Source: Candidatus Avispirillum sp. (GTDB lineage: Bacteria; Bacillota; Clostridia; Oscillospirales; CAG-272). Taken from it: a stretch of DNA of 45,391 nt. The DNA is taken from positions 1 through 45,391 of the forward strand of contig JAZUGU010000080.1 of NCBI GenBank assembly GCA_045641325.1, in the 5' to 3' direction. Shown here one piece after another: positions 8,543 through 18,547 of the stretch. Below the pieces are notes generated by a model that did no database searches, had not been told where the DNA came from, and worked only from the letters and a program-made list of their open reading frames with translations. The translations under genes and the position numbers were made by a program. Positions within the stretch are counted from its first letter, which is position 1. Each line of letters starts with the position of its first letter.

Positions 8543-9040
8543 ATGTTTATTATGTCTGTCAAAGGAAAAACCTTGAAGATCGCAGCTGTCCTCATAGCGG
8601 CGGCGATAGTTATGTCGTCTTTGATCTTTCTTCTGCCGGACGCTCCTGCAGTATCTGCGGGATCAATATTTGAAGGCAGCGACAAAATCAACTACGACAA
8701 AATAAAAACAAATGAACAAAGAACGGAATTCCTGCGTCAGTTCGGTTGGGAACCGGGTGATGACTGCATCGAAGAAACAGAAATTAAGATACCTGCAGAT
8801 TTTGACAAAATCATGAAAGCGTACAATGAGGTACAGAAATCGCAGGGGCTCGATCTTTCAAAATTCAAAGGTAAAACCGTTACGCGTTATACCTATGAGA
8901 TAACGAACTATCCTGAATACACGGGTAAAGTATTTGCAAACGTCATCGTTTATAAAAACCGCGTCATAGGCGGAGATATTTGCTCTTCGGATGGAGAGGG
9001 CTTCATACACGGATTTGAGAAAAAAGCAAATCCTCAATGA
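8543..9040 (+). CDS. Membrane-anchored/secreted protein, DUF4830-like
   Basis: N-terminal TM; FLRQFGWE, IPADFD...YNEVQKSQGLDLSKFKGKTVTRYTYEI.NYP, VIGGDIC. Confidence 0.75.
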   Translation: MFIMSVKGKTLKIAAVLIAAAIVMSSLIFLLPDAPAVSAGSIFEGSDKINYDKIKTNEQRTEFLRQFGWEPGDDCIEETEIKIPADFDKIMKAYNEVQKSQGLDLSKFKGKTVTRYTYEITNYPEYTGKVFANVIVYKNRVIGGDICSSDGEGFIHGFEKKANPQ

Positions 9041-11410
9041 TCATTTGTGCTTGATATCGATCACGGTCACGCCGTAATCGCCCTCACCGTACTGCCCCGC
9101 TCTGTATGAAGCAACACGTTTATCGTTTTTAAGATAATTCCATATTGAGTTTCTGAGAGCACCGGTTCCCTTTCCGTGAATAACGGTAACACTGTAAACC
9201 GATGCGACAATTGCTTCATCAAGATATTTGTCAACTGTGAAAACGGCATCTTCGCTTATCATTCCACGCACGTCAAGCGAAGGAGAGAAGCTTTTTGCAA
9301 CAGCTTTTCTGTAAGACTTATCACTGCCGGGCTTATCCTTTGTATCAGATGACACATCACATAATTTCAACTGGGAAACGTTGAACTTGGTCTTGAGAAT
9401 ACCCATCATGACCGTAACGTTTCCTTTTTTATCGGGGTCTTCAAGCAGTGTTCCTTTTGTGCCGAGGGATCTGTGTATCACCTCATCACCGGATTTCAAA
9501 GGTCTGGGAAGAACGTAATCGTCTTCATCGTCCTCTGTTTTCTGCGACTCATTGAATGAATGAACGCTTGATTTTATATTCTTCTTCGACTGGGAAAGCT
9601 TGTTTCCGAAATCTGCGGAATCCTGTGCTCTTTTAGCGTTATCAAGCTGCTTTAATATGAAATCGCTTGTGGCACGCGCGCTGTCAACGATCTGACGGGC
9701 TTTTTCTCGGGCTTTTTCCGCTTCCTTTTCGGCGCTGCCGAGCTTCGATTTCAGCTCGTCTTCAGCCTTTCTTTTGAACTCTTCATATTCACGCCGCAAG
9801 GTCGCGGCTTTTTCTTTTTCAGCCTCAAGCTCGTACCGTTCGCGGTCAAGCTTTTCAATAACTGCTTCAAAGCTTCTGCTTCCCGTGTCAACGTACCCGG
9901 ATGCCCGCTCAACGATACTGTCGGGAAGTCCAAGCCGTTTTGAAATAGCAAAAGCGTTTGACTTACCGGGTGTGCCGATTATCAGCTTATAGGTGGGTTT
10001 GAGAGTGTCAACGTCAAATTCGCAGGAAGCATTGCAGACCCCGTCTCTTTCAATAGCGAAAGCTTTCAGTTCTGCATAGTGAGTCGTCGCCGCACACAAA
10101 GCACCTCTATTCTGCACCTCTTCAAGAATTGCCATGGCAAGCGCGGCACCTTCGACAGGATCAGTACCGGCGCCAAGCTCATCAAAAAGGACAAGAGAAC
10201 GGTCGGTCATTTCGTTAAGTATCAAAACAATGCCTACCATATGCGATGAAAATGTGGAGAGTGACTGCTCAATCGACTGTTCGTCACCAATGTCCGAATA
10301 TACTTCGTCAAAGACGCGTATGGTCGCTTTTTCACAAGGTACCTGAAGTCCGGACTGAGCCATCAGCGAGAACAGGCCGAGTGTTTTAAGAGATACCGTT
10401 TTGCCTCCGGTGTTTGGACCCGTAATAACAAGCATAGACCATTTTCCGCCGACTTCTATCGTCACGGGAACAGCTTTCTTACCGATAAGAGGATGACGGC
10501 ATTTTTCAAGGAGAACAGTTCCCTTTTCGGTAATTTCCGGGGAGATCGCGTCCATTTCATATGCAAGCTCGGAGCAAGCGAATACGAAAGCGATATAAGT
10601 TATGTTTTCGTAATCGTGAACGATTATGGCGCTGACGGTTGATACAAGCTGTGAAAGCTCGTGGAGAATACGCTCTAATTCGTATTCTTCCCTGCTCTGA
10701 AGCTCACGCAGCTCGTTATTTGCCTGGACAACGCTCATAGGCTCAATAAAAAGCGTAGCGCCGGAAGCAGACGTATCATGTACCAGACCCGGTACTTCGT
10801 TCTTATATTCGCTTTTAACGGGAATAACGAAACGACCGCCTCTGGTAGTTACGATGTTTTCCTGGAGATATTTCGAGAATGAACCTCCCTGGGTGTATTT
10901 CTGCATGAGATCTGCGATTTTGGAATTGGTCTTTCTTATATTGTGTCTTATCTCAAGCAGTTCGGGGCTTGCATCGTCAGCTATCATTTCCTCGGAAATA
11001 ACAGATCTGAAGATCCTTGTTTCGATATCTTTTTTTGCGATCAGTCTGTCAAATACCTCATCGAGCGTCGTGTCGAATTTTCTGTCACTTTTGATATATT
11101 CGATAAGGCCTCTGGCACATCTGAGCACTCCGGCACAATCTAACAGTTCTCTGTGCGTGAGAGTAGCATCCTTGTCGGCTCTTTCACAAGCGGCAATTAC
11201 ATCCCTGACAGAACCGAAGGAAGGATTTCCCTTCTGACCGGCAAGCCTTTTGGCATCTTCTGTTCTCTTCTGATTAAGACGGACAACGTCAATATCGTCA
11301 GAAGGCATCAGAGAAAGAGCCATCTTTTTGGCGCCGTCTGTTGCGGCATGAGATGCGAGCATTTCTCTTATTTTATCAAATTCGAGTTTTCTTAAATTTT
11401 TTTCATTCAT
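9041..11410 (-). CDS. mutS2: Endonuclease/ribosome-collision factor MutS2
   Basis: ITGPNTGGKT, DIGDEQSIEQSLSTFSSH, DELGAGTDP.EG, C-terminal Smr domain (IHGKGTGALR). Confidence 0.97.
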   Translation of the reverse strand: MNEKNLRKLEFDKIREMLASHAATDGAKKMALSLMPSDDIDVVRLNQKRTEDAKRLAGQKGNPSFGSVRDVIAACERADKDATLTHRELLDCAGVLRCARGLIEYIKSDRKFDTTLDEVFDRLIAKKDIETRIFRSVISEEMIADDASPELLEIRHNIRKTNSKIADLMQKYTQGGSFSKYLQENIVTTRGGRFVIPVKSEYKNEVPGLVHDTSASGATLFIEPMSVVQANNELRELQSREEYELERILHELSQLVSTVSAIIVHDYENITYIAFVFACSELAYEMDAISPEITEKGTVLLEKCRHPLIGKKAVPVTIEVGGKWSMLVITGPNTGGKTVSLKTLGLFSLMAQSGLQVPCEKATIRVFDEVYSDIGDEQSIEQSLSTFSSHMVGIVLILNEMTDRSLVLFDELGAGTDPVEGAALAMAILEEVQNRGALCAATTHYAELKAFAIERDGVCNASCEFDVDTLKPTYKLIIGTPGKSNAFAISKRLGLPDSIVERASGYVDTGSRSFEAVIEKLDRERYELEAEKEKAATLRREYEEFKRKAEDELKSKLGSAEKEAEKAREKARQIVDSARATSDFILKQLDNAKRAQDSADFGNKLSQSKKNIKSSVHSFNESQKTEDDEDDYVLPRPLKSGDEVIHRSLGTKGTLLEDPDKKGNVTVMMGILKTKFNVSQLKLCDVSSDTKDKPGSDKSYRKAVAKSFSPSLDVRGMISEDAVFTVDKYLDEAIVASVYSVTVIHGKGTGALRNSIWNYLKNDKRVASYRAGQYGEGDYGVTVIDIKHK

Positions 11411-12189
11411 AATAAAACGGATTTATAAAAATCAAGTGTTGAAAAACCGTGTTCGAGGTGATTTATAAGGTAACCTTCACAGTACTGTGAAAGAAGGTAC
11501 ATATCATCCTCGTCAACGTTAAATGAAAGGAATTTGCCTGGTGAACAGTCAACTATATATCTCATGGCGCTGAGAACGCCCTCGGAAAGAAGATAGTACA
11601 GTCTCGCCGTACCGTTGTCCTCCATCATCTCTTCCTTTTCCGTGAAAGGTTTACAATCGCCGCATAAAAGCCTGCCGTTCATTACGTCCAGATACATTTT
11701 ATTGTGGCTTTCTTTGCCGCACCTGTCACAATGAGAAAGATCGGGGCAAAAGCCGCAGACGGCCGCACAGCGGAATTCAAATGCAGCTTTTATCTTTTTG
11801 AGAGGGATATCTTTGTTGGCCACGGCATACAGCGTGTTCAGAGTAAGCTGTAAAAGCTCCGGATCCGGCTGATTTTCAACAGAACAGCTGCAGCATACGT
11901 CACATACGTATGCCGCCAGAGAAAGCTTGTCCAGATCAGATCTGAGACCGAAAAAGCAGTCTATAAGCTCTGTTTCCTCAATATAAAAATACTTTTTCGA
12001 CTTTCTCAGCACGTAATTTGCATACGCAAAAGGCTGACATGAAACCATATTTTTGCTGCGAAGACTTCTGACACCTTTTCCGGTCACGGTCATGAGCCCG
12101 TATTCTTCAGTTACAAGAGTAATGATCTTATCACTTTCTCCAACGTCTGTTTCACGGACGTTGAGCCCTTTTACGCTGATACGTTCCAT
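11407..12189 (-). CDS. recO: DNA repair protein RecO
   Basis: GESDKIITL, CxxC...CxxC zinc finger; ATG overlaps the era stop. Confidence 0.92.
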   Translation of the reverse strand: MERISVKGLNVRETDVGESDKIITLVTEEYGLMTVTGKGVRSLRSKNMVSCQPFAYANYVLRKSKKYFYIEETELIDCFFGLRSDLDKLSLAAYVCDVCCSCSVENQPDPELLQLTLNTLYAVANKDIPLKKIKAAFEFRCAAVCGFCPDLSHCDRCGKESHNKMYLDVMNGRLLCGDCKPFTEKEEMMEDNGTARLYYLLSEGVLSAMRYIVDCSPGKFLSFNVDEDDMYLLSQYCEGYLINHLEHGFSTLDFYKSVLL

Positions 12190-13082
12190 CAATCTATTTC
12201 TTTGGGATTGAATCCGAAGTTGTTGAGGCTGAAATCGCTGTCTCTCCAGTTTTCCTTTACCTTGACCCAAAGATTAAGATAGACCTTCATCCCGAAGAAG
12301 TCCTCAAGGTCCTCACGGGCATATGATCCGATCCTTTTGAGCATCTCTCCGCCCTTTCCGACAATGATGCCCTTGTGAGATTCTTTCTCGCAGTAGATCT
12401 CGGCACGAATTGAAATCAGATCGTCAGATTCCTTGAATTCTTCTATCATAACGGCGCTTCCGTGAGGTATTTCATTAGAAAGACAACGAAGCAGTTTTTC
12501 ACGGATTATTTCCGCCGCGATCTGCTTTTCGGGCTGGTCGGTTATCATGTCTTCCTCAAAGAACCAATCGCCCTCATAAAGGAATTTTTCCGCCTCCATA
12601 AGAACGTCGGCAATATTCTTCTCTTTAAGCGCGCTTACGGGAACGAATGCATCGAAATCGTACAGCTCAGCGTACTGTGCGATGGTCTGCGCTACCGTTT
12701 CGCGGTTGCAAAGGTCTATTTTATTAAGCACGAGCATTGCGGGAAGCTCTTCTGCTTTAACTTTTTCGCAGATGTTCTTCTCAATGTCTCCGGGGCCTCT
12801 TCCAGCATCGGCAATAAGAATGACGGCATCCGCACTTCCGATAGACGAACGCACGGTCTTCATCATATAGTTGCCGAGCTTTGTTTTTGCTTTATGAATA
12901 CCGGGGGTATCAAGAAATACGAACTGGTTCTCGCCCTCAGTCAGTATTCCCATAATACGGTTACGGGTAGTCTGGGGCTTTGATGAAACTATTGCTATTT
13001 TCTCACCGAGGAGAGCGTTCATAAGCGTGGATTTGCCGACGTTGGGGCGGCCTACGATTGCAATAAATGCTGTTTTTGTCAT
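12189..13082 (-). CDS. era: GTPase Era
   Basis: GRPNVGKST, KPQTTR, DTPG, NKID, C-terminal KH domain. Confidence 0.98.
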   Translation of the reverse strand: MTKTAFIAIVGRPNVGKSTLMNALLGEKIAIVSSKPQTTRNRIMGILTEGENQFVFLDTPGIHKAKTKLGNYMMKTVRSSIGSADAVILIADAGRGPGDIEKNICEKVKAEELPAMLVLNKIDLCNRETVAQTIAQYAELYDFDAFVPVSALKEKNIADVLMEAEKFLYEGDWFFEEDMITDQPEKQIAAEIIREKLLRCLSNEIPHGSAVMIEEFKESDDLISIRAEIYCEKESHKGIIVGKGGEMLKRIGSYAREDLEDFFGMKVYLNLWVKVKENWRDSDFSLNNFGFNPKEID

Positions 13083-13114
13083 GTTAATACCTGTTCCTTT
13101 AAATTATCACGCTG

Positions 13115-13588
13115 TTATCTGTCAATTTTAAGAATTTTCATAATATCTTTCTGCCTTGCGAACATATCTTCCTCATCTTCAGGAGAAAGCTCATGATCGT
13201 ATCCCAGCAGATGAAGAACGGAATGTACCGTGAGAAAAGATACTTCACGTTTGAACGAGTGACCGAATTCCTTTGACTGCTCGTCCGCTCTTTCAAGAGA
13301 AATGACAATATCTCCGAGCTCCGCCGCATACCCTTCAACCGGCGTATCTCCGGCGCGGAAATCATACATTGGGAAAGAGAGAACGTCCGTTGCGCTGTCT
13401 TTTTTTCTGTACGCCTTGTTGAGCGCATGTATGCCCTCGTTATCAGTAAATGTTACCGATACCTCGCAGTCATATTTTACGTTTTCATATGTAAGAGCCG
13501 CAAGTATAGAACGACGGACAAGATTCCGGAGCGTGATGTCGAAATCAAACTTGTCCTGTGAATTGGTGTAATAAGTTTTAAGAGTCAT
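13115..13588 (-). CDS. ybeY: rRNA maturation endoribonuclease YbeY
   Basis: TDVLSFP, LGDIVIS, HSVLHLLGYDH; start at MTLKT overlapping the phoH end. Confidence 0.95.
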   Translation of the reverse strand: MTLKTYYTNSQDKFDFDITLRNLVRRSILAALTYENVKYDCEVSVTFTDNEGIHALNKAYRKKDSATDVLSFPMYDFRAGDTPVEGYAAELGDIVISLERADEQSKEFGHSFKREVSFLTVHSVLHLLGYDHELSPEDEEDMFARQKDIMKILKIDR

Positions 13589-14609
13589 TTCTGTCTCCCT
13601 TCCGGCGGGCTTTATATGTTTTTGCGGTTTTTTCCGCTTTTTCCCTGCCGTATTTCTCATATGCAAGGATTATCTTCTGTACAAGTCGGTGACGCACAAC
13701 ATCCCTGTCGGTAAACTCGTGAATAGCTATGTCTTCGATACCCTTAAGTATCCTGACGGCTTCGAGAAGACCGGATCTTGTCCCGAAAGGCAGGTCAGTC
13801 TGCGTAAGGTCACCTGTCACAACTGCTTTTGATCCGTTGCCGAGTCTGGTCAGAAACATTTTCATCTGCTCGGGTGTTGTATTCTGCGCTTCATCAAGTA
13901 TGATGAAACAATCATCAAGCGTACGGCCTCTCATGTACGCCAACGGTGCAATTTCAATCGTCATTTTCTCCATAAGACGGGCACAGTTCTCCATGCCGAG
14001 CATTTCATATAATGCGTCATACAGAGGACGCAGATAAGGGTCTATCTTACTCTGAAGATCTCCGGGAAGAAAACCGAGCCGCTCGCCCGCCTCAACAGCA
14101 GGTCTTGTGAGGATAATTCGAGATACCTCATGCGCTCTCAGCGCTTTAACAGCCATTGCAACCGCCAGAAAAGTCTTACCCGTTCCTGCAGGACCTACAC
14201 CCAGAACGACGGTGTTTTTCTTAATAGCCTCAACATATTTTTTCTGTCCTACAGTTTTGGCCTTGATGGGGCGGCCCTTTGAGGTAATGCAGATGCAGTC
14301 GTCGCCGTATCCCTCGAGCTCTTCACCTCTGCCGTCCGCTATCATTGAAATAACGTAATCAACAGTCTGGTCCGGTATGGTATCATTCATCTGAGAAAGC
14401 TTTTTCAGCTGTTCGACAACAGCCGCCGCCGGGATACACGATGCCTCGGAGCCTTCGATAACAACTGTGTCGCAGTCATTTGCGGCATCCTCGCGGTTGT
14501 AAATACGCACGCCGAAAGCCTCTTCGATCCTGTGAACATTTCTGTCGAAGCTGCCGAAAATACGCAGAGTTATTTCATTGCTGGGAATACTTACAGTTTT
14601 CTGTGCCAA
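13578..14609 (-). CDS. phoH: PhoH-like ATPase
   Basis: GPAGTGKT, RPAVEAGERLGFLPG, AYMRGRTL, DEAQN. Confidence 0.96.
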   Translation of the reverse strand: MAQKTVSIPSNEITLRIFGSFDRNVHRIEEAFGVRIYNREDAANDCDTVVIEGSEASCIPAAAVVEQLKKLSQMNDTIPDQTVDYVISMIADGRGEELEGYGDDCICITSKGRPIKAKTVGQKKYVEAIKKNTVVLGVGPAGTGKTFLAVAMAVKALRAHEVSRIILTRPAVEAGERLGFLPGDLQSKIDPYLRPLYDALYEMLGMENCARLMEKMTIEIAPLAYMRGRTLDDCFIILDEAQNTTPEQMKMFLTRLGNGSKAVVTGDLTQTDLPFGTRSGLLEAVRILKGIEDIAIHEFTDRDVVRHRLVQKIILAYEKYGREKAEKTAKTYKARRKGDRNDS

Positions 14610-14627
14610 TACGTTCAGCTCTTTCCG

Positions 14628-15779
14628 TTAGTTTATTTTGATCTCGCGTTTTTCGGCAATATCAGCAAGACAGTAAAGCTCGCAGTGAAGCCTTACTGCG
14701 TTGTCCGTAATTTCCGTTGAAACTTCCTTTGTCAGCATCTGCGATGTACCGATGGTTTCCGCCAGCTTTAATCTGTATAAGCTCATCAGCCGATTCATCG
14801 CTTCATCCTGAGTATATTTTTCGGTCACGGTTTTATACTCTCTGCGGCAGACGTTATGAAATTTCAGCGGTAAAGGCGTGCCGAAAAAATCCGCACAACT
14901 CTCCGATACTATTGTATCATATAATGCGTAAGGAATTCCATAGTTTGTAAAAAGATTTATATTATTTTTGAAAAATATAACGGATTTATCAACACACTCT
15001 CTGCCGGTATACTTTTTTACAGTATGCTCAAACGGTACTTCCACGTCAAATGATCTTGAAACTCTTGCAAAAACGCTTCCCTTTCCGCTCTCAAATCTTA
15101 ATAGATTTTCATTGTATGCGATGACACCGCTGACGAGCAGATCTCCTTTCTTTACAATGTCACCTATCAAAACGACCGGTTTTCCCTCAATCGCGGCCAT
15201 TCTCTCAATCTGTCCGTCCTCAGACGCGATAAGATTGTATACAGTACTGTCCGTATTCTTATATCCTTCCGATATTTCCCTGACCTCCACGTTCGCATGA
15301 GTACCGTCCATATTGACGGATATCCAGGCAATGCCGTCACTTTCAATAAGAAATCTGTTGTTTATGTCATCAAAATCAAGCCCTTTTATTCGCGTTCCGA
15401 CGGAACATCCTGCTATTTCAAGTGTGTCGGTTATGTACTGATCGGATACCGAACTGTTCCCGGTTACGTCAATTGACCAGATAACGGTTCCCGAAATATA
15501 AACGATTAAACTGAATATAAGAACACCCGCGGCGATCCCCCACCTTTTCCCGTACAGGTACAGCAGCCTCGGCAAACCGAAAATTCTGACTTTTACAATG
15601 TCACGTATTTCGCTAATATCAGTCAGCTTGTATAACGGAATTCGCAGTTTTGCGGAATTTCCGCAGATTTCGGAATGATTAAATGGTATTTCAAGGATTG
15701 ACAGAAGTGAAAATACACGGCCCGCATCCGTTAATTCGAATGTAAGCTCGGCAGTCCCGAGAATAAGATCAGCAAGCAT
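14628..15779 (-). CDS. yqfD: Sporulation protein YqfD
   Basis: TM then IWSIDVTGN, IAWISVN.DGT, VKKGDLLVSG; yqfC-yqfD-phoH synteny. Confidence 0.85.
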   Translation of the reverse strand: MLADLILGTAELTFELTDAGRVFSLLSILEIPFNHSEICGNSAKLRIPLYKLTDISEIRDIVKVRIFGLPRLLYLYGKRWGIAAGVLIFSLIVYISGTVIWSIDVTGNSSVSDQYITDTLEIAGCSVGTRIKGLDFDDINNRFLIESDGIAWISVNMDGTHANVEVREISEGYKNTDSTVYNLIASEDGQIERMAAIEGKPVVLIGDIVKKGDLLVSGVIAYNENLLRFESGKGSVFARVSRSFDVEVPFEHTVKKYTGRECVDKSVIFFKNNINLFTNYGIPYALYDTIVSESCADFFGTPLPLKFHNVCRREYKTVTEKYTQDEAMNRLMSLYRLKLAETIGTSQMLTKEVSTEITDNAVRLHCELYCLADIAEKREIKIN

Positions 15780-16036
15780 TAATTATCTCCCAGATCGATC
15801 ATTGTAACTGTTCCCTCAACAGTCATCACGTCTCCTCTGTAAACGGTCAGCTTCATATCCTTGCCGCATATTGATACTTTCCCGAGCCGTGTCATAACAA
15901 CGATTTTTTCGCCGGAATAATCGCTGATACCCAGGCATCCGGATACCATAAGCTCGCCGTTCCCGATAAGCTCGATAAAAGAAGCGGTTCCCGCAAGAGT
16001 TTCGGCATGATTTTTAAGTTTTTTCAGCTTTTCCAT
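15779..16036 (-). CDS. yqfC: YabP/YqfC family sporulation protein
   Basis: IELIGNGELMVSGC.GI.DY...I.G..MKL; precedes yqfD. Confidence 0.8.
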   Translation of the reverse strand: MEKLKKLKNHAETLAGTASFIELIGNGELMVSGCLGISDYSGEKIVVMTRLGKVSICGKDMKLTVYRGDVMTVEGTVTMIDLGDN

Positions 16037-16057
16037 AGAAACCTTCCGTGTTTTGAT

Positions 16058-16075
16058 TCATATACATTTATATGC
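16058..16075. promoter_or_regulatory. Overlapping divergent mother-cell sigma (SigE/SigK-type) -10 boxes
   Basis: CATATACATT on + and GCATATAAAT on - between yqfC and ylbJ. Confidence 0.45.
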
Positions 16076-16095
16076 AGTATTCCGGGGGTGTATTA

Positions 16096-17136
16096 ATGGA
16101 AAAAAGGTCCGATATAATATTGGTTTTCATTCTTGTGTTTGTAACTGTATTTCTTTTCATGTATCCGGACGAAATTAAAGAAACGGCGTTCGGATCTTTG
16201 AAATTATGCGCCCGCTCCGTTGTCCCGGTACTGTTCCCTTTTATGCTGATTTCGGGACTTTTAACAACTTCCGAAACCTTTATAAAGCTTGTTTCGCATT
16301 TACCTTTCGGTAAAATTTACGGGCTCGGAAATATAGCTTCGTGTCCGATTCTGTTCGGATGCTTTTTCGGTTTCCCCGTCGGTGCAAAATGCGCCGTTGA
16401 TATGTACAAAAGAGGTATATCCGGAAAAGAGGAAGCAGAACTGATTATAGCCGTATCAAACAATTCGGGACCTGCATTCATAGTGTCCGTGATCGGAGCA
16501 TCATTTTGGAAAAGCACAAAGCTCGGGATACTCTTGTATGCGGCTCAACTGATATCAGGTGTCCTTTCCGGAGTGATCATTACACGATTTATATATCCGC
16601 ATCACATAAGTCGTGGCGATTTTCGCGCCGCATCTGTTCCTGCTTCAAAAAGATTCACCGATTCGGTCAACGGAGCAGTAACCTCCGTGATAACGGTATG
16701 CGGCTATATTTGTACTTTTTCGGTTTTGAGTGAGATCCTGAAGCTACTGATTAAAGACCGCCGGATCTATATTACCGTTATCTCTTTTCTCGAGATAACC
16801 TCAGCCTCTCAGACAGCATCCAGCTTTGGCACGGAGTATTCATTGTGCATGTGCGCATTCGCTGTCGGTTTTTCGGGTTTGTCCGTAATATCACAGGTAT
16901 CATCGTTTGCCGCAGAAAACGGTTTATCCGTGAAAAAGCTTATAATAGTCAAGCTTTTGCAGGGCGTTATCTGTGCGTTGCTGATCCTGCCTTTCTCGCC
17001 GCCGGAACAGATCGCCAATGTATTTTCAGCGGAAATATCTCCCGCCTGCTCTTACGCTTTGTTGCCGGTTATATTGATGTTTATGGCAAAAATAACATTT
17101 AAGAGTCATAAAATGAAAAAATCACTTGATTTATGA
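16096..17136 (+). CDS. ylbJ: Sporulation integral membrane protein YlbJ-like
   Basis: VVPVLFPF, GFPVGAK, NNSGPAFI, LEIT, FSGLSVISQV; multi-TM. Confidence 0.82.
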   Translation: MEKRSDIILVFILVFVTVFLFMYPDEIKETAFGSLKLCARSVVPVLFPFMLISGLLTTSETFIKLVSHLPFGKIYGLGNIASCPILFGCFFGFPVGAKCAVDMYKRGISGKEEAELIIAVSNNSGPAFIVSVIGASFWKSTKLGILLYAAQLISGVLSGVIITRFIYPHHISRGDFRAASVPASKRFTDSVNGAVTSVITVCGYICTFSVLSEILKLLIKDRRIYITVISFLEITSASQTASSFGTEYSLCMCAFAVGFSGLSVISQVSSFAAENGLSVKKLIIVKLLQGVICALLILPFSPPEQIANVFSAEISPACSYALLPVILMFMAKITFKSHKMKKSLDL

Positions 17137-17180
17137 CAATAATTTTTATATAATAAATTAGTTAATGAGAAAGAAAGGCG

Positions 17181-17396
17181 GTGAAAGCTGTGCTTGATAA
17201 GTGTGAAAAGATATGTGCATACTGTGAGAATGCAGCTCCTTTATTTCATGAGGACACAGTGCTGTGCTCTGACAAAGGTATAGTTAACAAAGGATACACC
17301 TGCCGCAAATTCTCTTATGATCCGCTGAAGCGTGTACCGCCCAAGGGTGCTCACGCTCCCAAACTTGACTTTATTGATATAGATTCAGAGGACTGA
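17181..17396 (+). CDS. Small Cys-rich hypothetical protein
   Basis: GTG start with AAAGGCG RBS; CAYC...C...C..F.YDPLKR; ends 2 nt before prfB. Confidence 0.7.
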   Translation: MKAVLDKCEKICAYCENAAPLFHEDTVLCSDKGIVNKGYTCRKFSYDPLKRVPPKGAHAPKLDFIDIDSED

Positions 17397-17398
17397 TT

Positions 17399-18511
17399 AT
17401 GATCATTGAAATTGAAGAAGCCAAATATAAGCTAACAAACTTCAGAGAAGATCTGAAAGAACTGGGCAGTGCCTTGCGTATTAACCAGCTTAAAGACGAA
17501 GCAGAAGCACTTGATAAGAAAGCACTCGAGCCCGATTTCTGGAACGACCAGGAAAATTCCGGGAAAATTCTTCGTCAGACAAAGCAGATAAAGGACAAAA
17601 TCGAGAGATATGAAAAGCTCTGTGCAAAGCTTGAGGATGCCATTACTCTCTGTGAGCTCGCCATTGAGGAAAATGACGAAGACATGAAAGAAGAGATCCT
17701 CAATGAAGTCTCCGAAATCGAAAACGAAGAAGAAAAACAGCGCATTGAAGTTCTTCTCTCCGGAGAATACGACCACAATAATGCGATCCTCAGCTTCCAT
17801 CCCGGCGCAGGCGGCACAGAGGCACAGGACTGGGCTCAGATGCTTTACCGTATGTATACCCGTTGGGGCGAATCTCACGGATATAACGTTAAGCTCATAG
17901 ACTGGCTTGACGGCGATGAAGCAGGCATCAAATCCGCTACGATCACTATTGAAGGTCTTAATGCTTACGGATATCTTAAAAGTGAGAACGGCGTTCACCG
18001 TTTAGTCAGAATTTCTCCTTTTGACGGCTCCGGCAGAAGACATACGTCATTTGCTTCCGTTGAGGTGCTTCCCGAATTTGAGGATGACAACTCAATAGAG
18101 CTGAAAGAAGAAGACCTTGAGATCACGACTCACAAATCAAGCGGAGCCGGCGGCCAGCACATAAACAAGACCGAGTCCGCTATCAGAATCGTTCATATAC
18201 CCACGGGTATCGTTGTGGGATGTCAGACCGAGCGCAGTCAGCTTCAGAACAAGGAAACCGCTCTCAAAATGCTGAAATCCAAGCTTATGGAAATCAAGCA
18301 GAGAGAAAAGCTTGACCGTATCGAGGATATACAGGGTAATAAGACAAACATCGAATGGGGATCACAGATACGTTCTTACGTGTTTATGCCCTACACTCTT
18401 GCAAAAGATACGCGCACCGGTTTTGAAGACGGTAATATCCAGAGCGTTATGGACGGAAACATCGACGGTTTCATCAACGCTTATCTCAAAATGAATGCAG
18501 GTAAGGAATAA
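17399..18511 (+). CDS. prfB: Peptide chain release factor 2 (continuous ORF)
   Basis: SPF anticodon motif (RISPFD), GGQ (GAGGQHINKT), WGSQIRSY. Confidence 0.97.
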   Translation: MIIEIEEAKYKLTNFREDLKELGSALRINQLKDEAEALDKKALEPDFWNDQENSGKILRQTKQIKDKIERYEKLCAKLEDAITLCELAIEENDEDMKEEILNEVSEIENEEEKQRIEVLLSGEYDHNNAILSFHPGAGGTEAQDWAQMLYRMYTRWGESHGYNVKLIDWLDGDEAGIKSATITIEGLNAYGYLKSENGVHRLVRISPFDGSGRRHTSFASVEVLPEFEDDNSIELKEEDLEITTHKSSGAGGQHINKTESAIRIVHIPTGIVVGCQTERSQLQNKETALKMLKSKLMEIKQREKLDRIEDIQGNKTNIEWGSQIRSYVFMPYTLAKDTRTGFEDGNIQSVMDGNIDGFINAYLKMNAGKE

Positions 18512-18512
18512 T

Positions 18513-18537
18513 AAAAAAGCGGCTCTGCCGCTTTTTT
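18513..18537 (+). terminator. Intrinsic terminator
   Basis: AAAAAAGCGGC-TCT-GCCGCTTTTTT. Confidence 0.8.
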
Positions 18538-18547
18538 AACTGAAACT

